DNA of 59,107 nucleotides from a virus (lineage: Duplodnaviria; Caudoviricetes), in the IMG/VR virus record IMGVR_UViG_3300020453_000595, positions 1 through 59,107 of that record. One strand, 5' to 3'. Below are positions 17,476 to 27,566 of the stretch, one piece after another. The position numbers were made by a program, and so were the translations under genes. How positions within the stretch are numbered: position 1 is the first letter of the stretch; every line of letters starts with the position of its first letter. Under the pieces are notes generated by a model. That model searched no databases. It had not been told where the DNA came from and saw only the letters and a list, made by a program, of their open reading frames with translations.

Positions 17476-17975
17476 TAACCAAATGCCAAGATATCGGAGA
17501 CAGAAAGCTGGGAGCCCATCGGAACCCAGGCACCAGTGGTGCCCGCTATGTACATGCTAAATACATTGACCAAAGGGCTGTACCAAATATCTCCCTCAAA
17601 AAAGCCACTGCCAGGCGCATTGTTTTGGATGAAAACATTGTTCTGCGCCGGAACCCACTGGACCGTGGCAGCCAGGTAGATCTTTAGCAAGCCATTCGTG
17701 GTGTCGAACCACATGCTGCCGTCTGTGGGCTGCGAAGGCGCTGTAGGTGAAACAACGGTGGATCCACCACCACCGGCGCCGCCGACCGAAGACCATCCGC
17801 TCCCGTCGTAGATCTTGAGCTCGTTGTTGCCGGTGTCCATCCAGAGGTCACCAGCGACAGCTCCGGCTGGTTGGTTGGGACCCCTCGGGATATTGCCACC
17901 GTTGGCAACACGGTCAGTGTCGGCTATCTCCTGTGGGTAGCCGTTAACAAGGACAAGCGGAAACCTGACTGTCAT
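17475..17975 (-). CDS. Putative tail fibre protein
   Basis: Three repeats of P..GD.W.DT....LKIY....W. Confidence 0.75.
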   Translation of the reverse strand: MTVRFPLVLVNGYPQEIADTDRVANGGNIPRGPNQPAGAVAGDLWMDTGNNELKIYDGSGWSSVGGAGGGGSTVVSPTAPSQPTDGSMWFDTTNGLLKIYLAATVQWVPAQNNVFIQNNAPGSGFFEGDIWYSPLVNVFSMYIAGTTGAWVPMGSQLSVSDILAFG

Positions 17976-18547
17976 TAGGAGGTATAGATAGGTTGACCAG
18001 GTTGGACATCAATCTGCGTTGCGCTAATCGCCTGTCCGATTGGAACCGAATAAACGCCACCACCTGTAGGAGCCGTAAGGGAGATGGCCCCTCCGTTGTC
18101 CAGGAAATAATCCAAGCCGACAGACAAGCCGCTTAGACCAGCGATCGGCCCCCTGGCAACGATCGTGACCTGGTCCCCTGGGTTGCTTGCGGACTCCTTA
18201 GCGAGTCCAAGGACGTTGGCCTTTTCTCTGGAGTTGTTGTTGTAGGCCTTATAGACCCTGCCATCAGATGCCTGGATGTAAACGGCATCGCCTAACGACA
18301 AAGCCTCTCCGGCAACTGCAGGATTCAAGGCAGCGACTGACTGAGCGCCGGAGCCACCACCGCTGATTGCACTCTGAAGATCAATTAACGCCTGGATGAT
18401 TCCAGCAGTATTAGCGGGATAAGACGTCACTTGACCTCCAGCTGCTTGGATACAAGCAGTAATTGCTGCAATGATTCCTGAAGTGTTTTCGGCATAACGC
18501 GGCTGAAACAGCGGCGTCACACTGGGATTAAGAGGCTCAGTTGCCAC
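17975..18547 (-). CDS. Putative virion structural (cement-like) protein
   Basis: AGEALSLGDAVYI..VLGLA..GLSVGLDYFL. Confidence 0.7.
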   Translation of the reverse strand: MATEPLNPSVTPLFQPRYAENTSGIIAAITACIQAAGGQVTSYPANTAGIIQALIDLQSAISGGGSGAQSVAALNPAVAGEALSLGDAVYIQASDGRVYKAYNNNSREKANVLGLAKESASNPGDQVTIVARGPIAGLSGLSVGLDYFLDNGGAISLTAPTGGGVYSVPIGQAISATQIDVQPGQPIYTS

Positions 18548-18583
18548 AGTAAATCTTACGCCTCCAAAAGTATTCTAAATACG

Positions 18584-20029
18584 CTAAGGAACAATCTTCG
18601 GTACATCAATTGCATCCAGCTCGAGGAAGGAGAGGATCGAATAATCAACTCCACTCTTGGGAACAAATGCCTGGAATTCCTGAGTCGTTTGGTTAAAGCA
18701 CTTCAAGTCTTGACTACCCCTCTGAAGCCACCAATCATTGTTCCGACACCAGGAAGGGTTGGGCTCCTCTCGGTCATGCCAAAGCATAGGACCGCCAAAC
18801 GGCCGAATGTTCTCTCTGACATTGCCACCAGGGAAGACAACAAGCCCAACTGATTCAGCAATCGAAAGGACAAATCGATCCCAACTCAATCGCTTTTTGC
18901 GGAAATAAGACAAGAACTCATTCGGATCCATGGCCCGTTCGTAGGAGCTCATGAACTCCAAAAGGTCGCGCTCAGCAGCCGTGGGGTAATCGTCGGGCTC
19001 TAGCCAAGGGACGCCACAGGCCCAACGCTGAGCGTGTATGTGTTTGCAGTCTCTGCGTTCATCACGCCTTTCTGGAAGCGTTCGCCACTGTCGGTAGTAA
19101 CCAACGCCTTCGCTTTCCCATGCACTGACCACGCTTCTGTTGGCATTTGGGAGCGGAAACGTATCAAGGTTGGAGCTTTTTCTATCTACAAAATCAAGAT
19201 TGGCGACAGCACCGCCGAGATGATCGGGGCAGCAACAGAAAAATGAAAACGACGAGCAAAGATATCTGGTGCCGTCATCCTTGAAGGTATAAGTAGGAAC
19301 ATCCGGATCATCGGGATCATAAGGCTCACGTTTCCAGTAGATCTTCTTATTAACCTCTGCCCTTCTATGCGGCCTCGAGAGATCAAAGGTCATCGTCATC
19401 GCCCCCGTGCTGACAGCAGTCAGAGTCAGGGCAACGCTGCCGGCATCCTTTTCGACCAAGTCGTCTGGGAAATTAGGACCTGTCGCTGAGTCTTCAAATT
19501 GATCGCCAATACAAACGTTGTAGATCGCTAGCTGCTCTGCGTTGTAGATCCCATTGACGTCAAGAACGAGCGTGTGATTTGCGGGATCAGGATCGCTTTG
19601 ATTCAGCGTGACCCTTGAAGAAGTGATCGGCTGAGGCAGCAGGAAGCTACCTCGAACACGAGTAGCGACATACCAGGCGTTCTCGGAGCTGGTCGAGCTC
19701 GGGAAAACTGTGACTACTTCTCGACTACCGCGCTGGTTAATCTCGTCAGAAAAGGTGGAAGTCCCGTTGAGGAATCGAGCGAGAATGTTTAGCTGCTGAT
19801 CACCCCAGCTTCTGCCTTTACCGAAATAGTATTCCTGGCCGAGCTTCCATCGTTTGTAGTCCGACTCCCTGTTGTACGCCTCGACAATTGTCGGAAAAGC
19901 AACCGTTCCATATTCACCAGCACCGGATGTGGCATCCGGATAGATGCCCTTCGCCCTTTGCTTCATTGGCTTATTGACTGACGGCAACCCAAGCCTTCTG
20001 CCAGGGTTGCTGCCAAACCGCTTAGCCAT
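18584..20029 (-). CDS. Hypothetical protein with a SWIM-like zinc finger
   Basis: FFCCCPD ... CKHIHA with a long spacer. Confidence 0.7.
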   Translation of the reverse strand: MAKRFGSNPGRRLGLPSVNKPMKQRAKGIYPDATSGAGEYGTVAFPTIVEAYNRESDYKRWKLGQEYYFGKGRSWGDQQLNILARFLNGTSTFSDEINQRGSREVVTVFPSSTSSENAWYVATRVRGSFLLPQPITSSRVTLNQSDPDPANHTLVLDVNGIYNAEQLAIYNVCIGDQFEDSATGPNFPDDLVEKDAGSVALTLTAVSTGAMTMTFDLSRPHRRAEVNKKIYWKREPYDPDDPDVPTYTFKDDGTRYLCSSFSFFCCCPDHLGGAVANLDFVDRKSSNLDTFPLPNANRSVVSAWESEGVGYYRQWRTLPERRDERRDCKHIHAQRWACGVPWLEPDDYPTAAERDLLEFMSSYERAMDPNEFLSYFRKKRLSWDRFVLSIAESVGLVVFPGGNVRENIRPFGGPMLWHDREEPNPSWCRNNDWWLQRGSQDLKCFNQTTQEFQAFVPKSGVDYSILSFLELDAIDVPKIVP

Positions 20030-20928
20030 TACCCACCGAAGCGTGATGCGTAATAGGAACCAGTACCTGCACCGGAAGTACGATCGCGAATCTGGCTGGC
20101 AGTGCCCCTAGCGGGAGGGCGCCTGTCTCTATCCATCATCTGAACCACAGGCCCCTCTCGGCTCAGAACACTGTCTGTAATGCCACCCTGCTGAATGACA
20201 TAGTCCGCGATCTCTTTGTCTTGATCACTCGCCGAGCCGCGATATCCAGATCGACCGGAGGCAAGGTTTCCACCGCCGGCATATGAGGTTTGATTAGCTC
20301 CGCCAGCAGATGCGCCAGACCGCAGTCCGGACAACTGCTGGCCGACTGATTGCTCCCGGTAAGTATCGGCTTCCGCTCTGGCCTGTTCGTACAGAGCTGA
20401 TTGCTCTCCAAATTTCTTTTCGTAGTCGTCACGCTCTTGCTTGATTGACGCGTTATCGGCTAAGGCGCTTTGGTATTGGGTTTGAAGATTGCCAACTTGC
20501 CCTTGGTAGTTGCTTAGCTGATTCTGGAATCCGCTTATCTGGCCTCTATAGTCATTGATCGTTGATCGATATGAATCAATCGCGGACTGAGCGTTAGTGG
20601 CTTCATTCGTTGCGTTCGTGTAGTTGTCGTACAGATTGTTGTACTGATCAACCAGGCTGGTATACGCACTTTCGTAGGGGTTATTGCGCGGTGGCGCAGG
20701 TGTATTTGTTGCTGGTGGCGTAGATGTAGATGGGGGCGTAGATGTAGGTGTAGGTGTAGTTGATTGTGTTTGCGGCCTTCGATCAGCATGTTTATCCATG
20801 CCGCGCAAATCATTTTTGCTGTTCAGGTTCCTGATACCAGCCTTTTTCATCAGGTTGATAACACCCTGTTTGCTCAGGCCATACCTTTTTTTGGCCTGAT
20901 TCAGGTACTGTTTTGTGAACTTACTCAT
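20029..20928 (-). CDS. Coiled-coil protein, paralog of 20937-21728
   Basis: Heptad region; TDSVLSREGPVVQ and GAGTGSYYASRF at the C-terminus. Confidence 0.8.
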   Translation of the reverse strand: MSKFTKQYLNQAKKRYGLSKQGVINLMKKAGIRNLNSKNDLRGMDKHADRRPQTQSTTPTPTSTPPSTSTPPATNTPAPPRNNPYESAYTSLVDQYNNLYDNYTNATNEATNAQSAIDSYRSTINDYRGQISGFQNQLSNYQGQVGNLQTQYQSALADNASIKQERDDYEKKFGEQSALYEQARAEADTYREQSVGQQLSGLRSGASAGGANQTSYAGGGNLASGRSGYRGSASDQDKEIADYVIQQGGITDSVLSREGPVVQMMDRDRRPPARGTASQIRDRTSGAGTGSYYASRFGG

Positions 20929-20936
20929 TTCTCACC

Positions 20937-21728
20937 TCAGCGGAATCGTGAAGCGTAATAAGAGCCAGTGCCAGCACTGCTGCTTGATCCCTTAGATGCT
21001 GACTTCCCTGCCTGCGCAGGGCCTCTAGCAAGCTGCTGCACGACAGGCCCCTCTCGAGCAAGAACACTGTCAGTCAGGCCTCCCTGAGCACGCATTGACT
21101 CAGCCAACTTGCTGATATCTCCTTCGTCGCTGCTGTAACCAGTGCGGCCAGAAGCGAGGCCACCAGTAAGGTTTTGAGACTGATTGGCCCCGCCAACTGT
21201 GGAACCACTTCTTACAGCACGCAGTTGCTGCCCAACAGCCTCTTCCCGGTACTGATCAGCTTCGGCTCTAGCGGCCTCGAAATCAGCGCTCGCCTTATTG
21301 AACTGCGATTCGAATTGATCGCGCGCCTGAGCATTGGCTTCCGCAGTCTTAAGAGCATTTTGGTACTGCCCCGTCAAGCTATTAACTTGATTCGTGTAGT
21401 TGGCAATCTGATCGTTGAATCCAGAGATGCGGCTGTCGTAATCTTGAATCCGATCTTCATAATCACTAATCTGCGATTTATATCGTTCGATTTCACCCGA
21501 ATAATCTCGGGCAACACTGCGCGCGTCATTTCGCTGAGCCTTCAGCTGAAAAGCTTGTTGCGCAGAGTCAGCGATAATTGCATCACGTGCTCGCCAGCCG
21601 AGAGACATCCCTGAGGGCCCAATTGCATTTGCAATATGGATCGGGTTGTAACCTGCAGCTCGTGCTCTCTGGTATGACTGGAGACCGAATCCGCCTTGGC
21701 CGCCTCGGAACTGATGAAGAATGCTCAT
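20937..21728 (-). CDS. Coiled-coil protein, paralog of 20029-20928
   Basis: TDSVLAREGPVVQ and SAGTGSYYASRF at the C-terminus. Confidence 0.8.
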   Translation of the reverse strand: MSILHQFRGGQGGFGLQSYQRARAAGYNPIHIANAIGPSGMSLGWRARDAIIADSAQQAFQLKAQRNDARSVARDYSGEIERYKSQISDYEDRIQDYDSRISGFNDQIANYTNQVNSLTGQYQNALKTAEANAQARDQFESQFNKASADFEAARAEADQYREEAVGQQLRAVRSGSTVGGANQSQNLTGGLASGRTGYSSDEGDISKLAESMRAQGGLTDSVLAREGPVVQQLARGPAQAGKSASKGSSSSAGTGSYYASRFR

Positions 21729-21744
21729 TGGTTTTTACCTTTAA

Positions 21745-22722
21745 TTAGAAACTTCCGCGCTCATTGCGGCGATTACGAGCACGATTTTTTGCGCCCCTGC
21801 GTCGCCCACCAAAGACATCATCGGTACTGACGCCTCGCCCACCACGACCTTTGTTTTTACCAGGGCGGCGTTCAGGTTTACCTCCGATACCTCTATCTCT
21901 GTTATCCGCAATGATTTTGTTTTGCTCGCGCCAGTAATCAGCGCCGCCGCCTTGTACTCGCATTCCGCCGCCGCCGTATCGTCCGCCGCGCTGACCCGGA
22001 GCAATACCAAGCTCTTCAGGACTCATTACACGACCACGGCCTCCGCCGTAACGAGTGCCCCTGTTGTCTCTAGTGTTGTCGGGCAGGTCAGCGTAAAACT
22101 CGCCATAACGTCCACCGTCGTAATCACCAGAATTGCGACCAGGAGAGTAATAGTCTCTGCCGCCCCCAAAACTGTCCTGGTGCACCATTCCAGGTGAACC
22201 GTACCTAGGCCCAAAGACATCTATGGTGCTGGTGCCTTGATTCTCGGGGCCTTTGTCCTTAGGCTTCTGCTTATCAAAGTGCTCCTGAATCTTTCTCAGG
22301 TCATTACTGCTATCAAGCCTGCGAATGCCTACAGTTTTTGCGATGTTACGCAGCGCATCTGCAGACATCCCAAAACGATTCATGCCCGATTTCAGGGCTT
22401 GATTTTTGTCATCCCTAAACTCACTGATTGGATTCGACTGCCCCGTGGATGGACGACTTGGGGATGAATAGCTAGAGCCGCTTGATGCCATATCTTGAAT
22501 TCCAGCGGCGGCCTGACTGGACATGCTGGAACCGATGTTTTCGGCATACGAAAACGCATTACCCATACCCCGAGGACTAGGGAAGCCTTGGTTACTGGTT
22601 TGTCCAGGCCTGCGTGGCCTTCCATGCCCAGCCGCGTAATACCCTACGCGCTCCAGCTCCCTCTCTCGGTCCTCAGGAGAAAGACTACGGATGTAGTTAT
22701 TAAATTCTGGAGTGAATTTCAT
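21745..22722 (-). CDS. Gly/Arg-rich hypothetical protein
   Basis: 325 aa, RGG/YGG-rich C-terminal half. Confidence 0.75.
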   Translation of the reverse strand: MKFTPEFNNYIRSLSPEDRERELERVGYYAAGHGRPRRPGQTSNQGFPSPRGMGNAFSYAENIGSSMSSQAAAGIQDMASSGSSYSSPSRPSTGQSNPISEFRDDKNQALKSGMNRFGMSADALRNIAKTVGIRRLDSSNDLRKIQEHFDKQKPKDKGPENQGTSTIDVFGPRYGSPGMVHQDSFGGGRDYYSPGRNSGDYDGGRYGEFYADLPDNTRDNRGTRYGGGRGRVMSPEELGIAPGQRGGRYGGGGMRVQGGGADYWREQNKIIADNRDRGIGGKPERRPGKNKGRGGRGVSTDDVFGGRRRGAKNRARNRRNERGSF

Positions 22723-23243
22723 CAGAAGAAGCCTCCCTGGGCAAATACGTGGATACGAGTTGCCGAACTAGGAGCCGTCAAAGCGGCTGTAACTCCGACA
22801 TAGAGAGTTGCACCTGATGGCACATACAGCCCTGTATTCTTTTTGTCCGCCTCAGTCACAGATGCATCAGCCCCAAGGTTGGGGACTGGGATACATAGCG
22901 GCGGCAGAGAGATGTTGGTTCGCTCTCCAGCTGCACTCGACGAGATGGTTTCACTCGCAACACACACAGTGTTTGCAGAAGTGATCGATGCCGCTGAGCC
23001 TGAAACGCTCAAAAAGATCAGAACCTTTGATGCTGTCGTGCTGGCTTCATTGGCAACAATTGAAATGCTGTCAACGACAGCGCCATCGTTAGCCAAACAG
23101 TCAACCAGAAGGACACAACCACCACCAGTTGGCGTATTAAAGTTGGTCGCGGTTGTTAGCGCTGCCGCGCCGCCGATTGTTGCGAATGAATGCAGCGGCC
23201 GGTCAACCAGCAGCGGCATCTTATTGGAACTACTGGTTGCCAA
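22722..23243 (-). CDS. Putative virion structural protein
   Basis: 173 aa beta-rich ORF; TAAAAT -10 box at 23265-23270. Confidence 0.75.
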   Translation of the reverse strand: MATSSSNKMPLLVDRPLHSFATIGGAAALTTATNFNTPTGGGCVLLVDCLANDGAVVDSISIVANEASTTASKVLIFLSVSGSAASITSANTVCVASETISSSAAGERTNISLPPLCIPVPNLGADASVTEADKKNTGLYVPSGATLYVGVTAALTAPSSATRIHVFAQGGFF

Positions 23244-23281
23244 AGTAAGTCTCCTTCTGTATTGATTTTAGATAGTTAGAA

Positions 23282-23773
23282 CTATGCTTTTGACTGGGGC
23301 TGTTCCTCGTTTCGGCGGGGGCCAGCACCGAAAGCTGTCATGCCTGTGTTCATGCCTCGGGGTGGAGACATTTCACGAGGTGCGCTCATCTCGCTGCCTG
23401 GTCCAGGTGTTGCGAGAAAGGCAGGCTTGTCCAAGGCAGGATCAACATCAGGCGCGGAAAAATAACCGCCCATTTGTGTGGGTCGCTGAAATGACGGGCC
23501 TTCGTTTTGAACTATCTGTTCAGCGTCGCCGTAAGGATTACGACGAAAGACAACATCGCCACTGGGTTGCCCCTGAGGAGCAAACTGAGAGGCGACAGGA
23601 GTAAACGACTGGTAGTTAGTCGGGTTGTTGGGTACAACATTTTCAGCACTAAAGAAGTTCTTGGCTTCTGCGTGGCCTTGCTTGTTTTCGTACCACTCAT
23701 TCATGCGAGCCTGGCGCTTGGGGCCATCCCGATGTTTGTAGAAGTCGTTACTGGGGTAAGAGCGTTTTGCCAT
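23282..23773 (-). CDS. Hypothetical protein
   Basis: 163 aa ORF in the late operon. Confidence 0.7.
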   Translation of the reverse strand: MAKRSYPSNDFYKHRDGPKRQARMNEWYENKQGHAEAKNFFSAENVVPNNPTNYQSFTPVASQFAPQGQPSGDVVFRRNPYGDAEQIVQNEGPSFQRPTQMGGYFSAPDVDPALDKPAFLATPGPGSEMSAPREMSPPRGMNTGMTAFGAGPRRNEEQPQSKA

Positions 23774-23774
23774 T

Positions 23775-24662
23775 TCAATTTCTGCCTTGACGGCGGAGAA
23801 GGTTCATCATGTTTTTGCTAAGCATTTGCTTGCCACCCAGTCCGGGGACTGCGGTGTCCATATATCCCTGGATTTCATTCAAGCTGTCATTGTTGATTGC
23901 TTGCCTCTCAACCGGCTGGGCCTCGGCCGTTTGCTGGATATTGCTCTCTTGCTGAGCTGGCATGCCGCCACGGATGCGCTTGATCGCTTCATCACGATCC
24001 AAGCCTGTATCCATGAAGTCAGTGATTGCCTCCTCCTCGATCATGGCTGGCTTGTCACCAACCATGGCCATTGGGTTGGCTTTATTGAACTCTCTAAAAG
24101 CAATTGCGGGGTTTGCTCCGATAAAGGCCTGGGCTTTCTCCCGAGTGTCAAATCCAGGCATAGTCATGAAGTAATCCTCCATGGCTTTGCCCTGCTCTGC
24201 GTCGGCACTGACCATGTCACCCAGCTGCCTCTGGGCTCCGTAGTAATCAGCAAGATTGGCGCCATCGCCAGCCCGGTTGAGCAGGGCGTTTTTCAGCTCG
24301 GCATCGCCGTATTGCTGAGCCATGCGGCGATACTCAGAATCGCCAACATTGGCGTCATCGCTAACGATTGGGGCAGCCTGCTGGGCAGGAAAGCCGGCAC
24401 CGGGGCGAAACTTCTCCGCTTCTCTCCCGGCTCTAAGCTCTGCTTCCTGGTAGCCAGGGCCAAAGTTTCTAGTCGCCTGGTAAGGCCCAGGATCACCTGC
24501 GTACTGCCCCGTCAAAAACTTGTCGATCGAATCACCCAGCTGAACAAGCATGCTCCGCTTGGGATTGTTCTGCAGGTAAGCGTCATTACGAGCATCGCGG
24601 ACCGCTCTCTCCTGACGGAGGCGGTCAAGCATCTCTTTGATTTCCTGATCAGATACGTCCAT
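23775..24662 (-). CDS. Hypothetical protein (possible internal virion protein)
   Basis: 295 aa, A/Q/M-rich. Confidence 0.7.
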   Translation of the reverse strand: MDVSDQEIKEMLDRLRQERAVRDARNDAYLQNNPKRSMLVQLGDSIDKFLTGQYAGDPGPYQATRNFGPGYQEAELRAGREAEKFRPGAGFPAQQAAPIVSDDANVGDSEYRRMAQQYGDAELKNALLNRAGDGANLADYYGAQRQLGDMVSADAEQGKAMEDYFMTMPGFDTREKAQAFIGANPAIAFREFNKANPMAMVGDKPAMIEEEAITDFMDTGLDRDEAIKRIRGGMPAQQESNIQQTAEAQPVERQAINNDSLNEIQGYMDTAVPGLGGKQMLSKNMMNLLRRQGRN

Positions 24663-24665
24663 GAC

Positions 24666-25151
24666 TTACCTCCAGTTCATTGCGCCCTGGGCCTGCATCA
24701 CGCGAGTACCGACAGCGGTATCTGCAGGACCGGGGATAGACATGATGAATTCAGAACCCGCCCTGTCGTAGGCGTAGCGCCGAACCTCGTCGCGCCGGTA
24801 GTTGGCGACGTAAAGGGTTTGAGCCAGGCGGTCTGTCTCTCTGAGATAGACCTCCCAATAGTCCTTGTCCGCCTTGAGCGGTTCGGACTGGAAGATGGCG
24901 CGCTCAGTATCACCAGTAATGCGCTCGACCCGACTGGGCTGAGGCTGCGCTTCGCTCTTGAAGATCTGAGAGACCTTAAAAACTTTGTCGCATCGATCAA
25001 GGTGCTCAAGCACTCGCGAATAGAAATAACTATCCGGGACTCTTGCCATAGCCTCTTCCACCCGAGCGATATCACCGGCTGGGAGATTGGCTCCTACGTT
25101 GTACCCCAAATGGAAGCGACAACGGCTTTTGTCGTAGTCGTTGAGCTCCAA
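24666..25151 (-). CDS. Putative head completion/head-tail adaptor protein
   Basis: DKSRCRFHLGY N-terminus; position downstream of the capsid genes. Confidence 0.55.
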   Translation of the reverse strand: MELNDYDKSRCRFHLGYNVGANLPAGDIARVEEAMARVPDSYFYSRVLEHLDRCDKVFKVSQIFKSEAQPQPSRVERITGDTERAIFQSEPLKADKDYWEVYLRETDRLAQTLYVANYRRDEVRRYAYDRAGSEFIMSIPGPADTAVGTRVMQAQGAMNWR

Positions 25152-25186
25152 AATAAATCAGCGACCTGAATCTAATTCTATGAAAG

Positions 25187-25618
25187 TCAGCCGCAGTAAA
25201 TTACGTCAGCAGCAATGACCTCATCCCAGTCGACACGACCAATCTTCTTGAGCTGATCAAGATTTTTGAAACGTTCGCCTGGCAGAGAAAGCCGAAGCTC
25301 GACGATCTTCTTGGCGGTTGCATATCCAATACCCTTTACGGATTTGGCAATCGCTTCTGCCGTTGCAACGTTTAGGTTCAAACGAGTATCTGCAGGGATA
25401 ATCGTTTCCGGCAGCTTGTCTTCGTCGACTTCCTTCTCTGCTGACTGAGGCGCAACTGTCTTGCCAGTGCGACCTTTGCCGGCTTCGTAGCTGACGAGAT
25501 CATCAAGCGCAACGTATTGAACTGCACCGCTTGAATTCTTGACCATCGCCCAGTCCTTGTCGTGGTGGCTAATAAACTCGACAAGCTGGCCAGTTTTAGT
25601 GTTTTGGTAAAGAGCCAT
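25187..25618 (-). CDS. Helix-hairpin-helix (ComEA-like) DNA-binding protein
   Basis: LNLNVATAEAIAKSVKGIGYATAKKIVELR..FKNLDQL. Confidence 0.85.
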   Translation of the reverse strand: MALYQNTKTGQLVEFISHHDKDWAMVKNSSGAVQYVALDDLVSYEAGKGRTGKTVAPQSAEKEVDEDKLPETIIPADTRLNLNVATAEAIAKSVKGIGYATAKKIVELRLSLPGERFKNLDQLKKIGRVDWDEVIAADVIYCG

Positions 25619-25624
25619 ATGCGC

Positions 25625-25659
25625 AAAAAAAAGAGGGCGTCTGGTGGCCCAGCGCCCTC
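25625..25659 (-). terminator. Rho-independent terminator after the capsid operon
   Basis: Minus strand GAGGGCG..CGCCCTC followed by T8. Confidence 0.8.
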
Positions 25660-25683
25660 ATCCTAGGGAATAACGTTTAAGAA

Positions 25684-26319
25684 TCAGGACTCAGTGGTAT
25701 ACGGAATCCGAGTATCTTCAACAGTTGCAACTGCATCGTCGAGGTAATAAGAAACCTCGCAGATGATCGGGGTGCCGCCAGTAGCAGTAGAGCTCAAGGT
25801 TGAGCCAGTGCCGGTGCCACCGCTATCGCGGACGAAGACCTTAAGGGTCTCGAGGCCAGCAAGGGCAGAACCAGTGACAACACCGTTCTTTGCAGAGGCG
25901 GGGGCAATAGTGCCGCCGGAGACTGCAATGGTCGGAGTGGAGACAACAGTGGTGCTGATGGTGGCGGCAGCAGAAGCTGCGGCATCCTTCAGGGCAATGG
26001 TGTCGGTGTTGGTGCCCGACAGGCCGGAAGTGGCAGAACCAGCATCCTTGTTCTTGCGAGTGTCAGACACACGCAGGCCCACGGAATAGACCACAGCGCC
26101 GGCGGGGATGACCATGCCAGTGATGTTCTCGCGCACCTTGTCGTCGCCGCGCATATCCGGTGAAGGAATGATCACGTCGAACTCGGTGCCGCCGGTGGAG
26201 TCCACCAGCGCATAGCCGACCTTGTGGTAGTACACGCGGCCGGGGACAGCAACCACAGGTTGGCCCTGGTAGCTGCTCAGATTGGTAACCCAGTTACCGG
26301 GGAAAATCTTCTTAGCCAT
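25684..26319 (-). CDS. Putative capsid decoration/minor capsid protein
   Basis: Directly follows the major capsid gene with a GGAGG-type RBS; T/S/A/G-rich. Confidence 0.65.
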   Translation of the reverse strand: MAKKIFPGNWVTNLSSYQGQPVVAVPGRVYYHKVGYALVDSTGGTEFDVIIPSPDMRGDDKVRENITGMVIPAGAVVYSVGLRVSDTRKNKDAGSATSGLSGTNTDTIALKDAAASAAATISTTVVSTPTIAVSGGTIAPASAKNGVVTGSALAGLETLKVFVRDSGGTGTGSTLSSTATGGTPIICEVSYYLDDAVATVEDTRIPYTTES

Positions 26320-26335
26320 AGTTACTTACCTCCTA

Positions 26336-27478
26336 TCAATATACGAAAGAGTAAGCAACGGTAATGAAGTCGCGGTTAAGCACTTCAAAACCAGCAAACA
26401 ACGACCAGATCATGATAATGAATCTAGAAAAATCGTCGTTATTGTTGAGGAGAATCTGGGCGTTATTACCGCCAATGCCAACACCAACTGCCTGAGGACC
26501 AAAGAAGATCATCGGAGCAGCAGTGGTCACAGCATTAGTGACAGAAGCATCACTAATGGTGACTTGCAGAGACTTCTCTGCAAGGTTGGTTGATTCAAAC
26601 CAACGGACGCCCTCAAAGAGGAAGCCAGTAGGCATCACAGGCTGACCTGCGACGAAACCTGCTTGCCCATAAGCGGGACCCATGCCATAGAAGAAGTTGG
26701 CGTTGGGAGCCTGCTCAGGTTGCAGGGGGTTGACCATGCCATTACCCGCATATCGGGCAATTTCACGGAACGCATCGTTCTGACGAAGATGCATCATTGC
26801 CGTGGGATCGGCAATACAGCGGTAGTAACCGTCAGCGAACGTAGGAACGTTGCGCTTACGCATGTCCTTGACCACCTGCAGCAGGTCGGTCTTGACATCG
26901 AACTTCGCAGATTCGCCGGCTGCGTAGTTCAGGATCGGAGCAGAAGATGCCTTGGCCTTGCTCAGAGGGTAATAGTAACCGCCCTGGGTGCCGTCAGCTT
27001 CGCCGTTTGCCTCGGCCTTAAACAGTTCGTCAGCGAAGACGCGATCGCGCCAACGACGATAATCATCAAGCAGGGTCAGAGAGCCGATTGACTGGTGGAA
27101 AACATTCAGGTTTCCAGTGTCAAGCAGCAGGCGCTGTGCAGTCAGCAGGGTTTCGCGAGCAACCTTGAAGGTACTGGGCGCAGTAGCATCAGTCGGATCA
27201 GCAGGACCCGTATATTCCTTCAGGTTGACGAGAACCTTATCTTTTACGATCGAGCGGCTAGATGACGTGCCAAGAGTCTGGTCAGCAGTACGCTCTCGGG
27301 AATCCTTATTGCCAGGATTACCCCAGAAGCGGTAACGATCAAGCTGAACAGTTTGGCCGGGTTGTTTCGCGAAATCGTGAACAACCACGGGCTCTACGGC
27401 CATCTCGATGATGTAACCGGGATGGGGGCGGTAAAGCTCGGCACCTAGCAGCTTGGGAAAGTCATTATCAATCCACAT
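26336..27478 (-). CDS. Major capsid protein (N4-gp56-like family)
   Basis: MWIDNDFPKLLGAELYRP..HDFAKQPGQTVQLDRY..GFLFEGVRWFESTN..FFGPQAVG; start trimmed to ATG 27478. Confidence 0.85.
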   Translation of the reverse strand: MWIDNDFPKLLGAELYRPHPGYIIEMAVEPVVVHDFAKQPGQTVQLDRYRFWGNPGNKDSRERTADQTLGTSSSRSIVKDKVLVNLKEYTGPADPTDATAPSTFKVARETLLTAQRLLLDTGNLNVFHQSIGSLTLLDDYRRWRDRVFADELFKAEANGEADGTQGGYYYPLSKAKASSAPILNYAAGESAKFDVKTDLLQVVKDMRKRNVPTFADGYYRCIADPTAMMHLRQNDAFREIARYAGNGMVNPLQPEQAPNANFFYGMGPAYGQAGFVAGQPVMPTGFLFEGVRWFESTNLAEKSLQVTISDASVTNAVTTAAPMIFFGPQAVGVGIGGNNAQILLNNNDDFSRFIIMIWSLFAGFEVLNRDFITVAYSFVY

Positions 27479-27566
27479 GGGATGATATTCCTCAGCTGTA
27501 AGGGTGATATGGCACGCAAACTGCGTGCTGACTCTTAATATAAGGAAAATTTCTAGGGAAAGCTTT

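Noticed and set aside
23787-25169. 460-aa + strand ORF
   Set aside because: Antisense shadow of two well-formed minus-strand genes; no motif.
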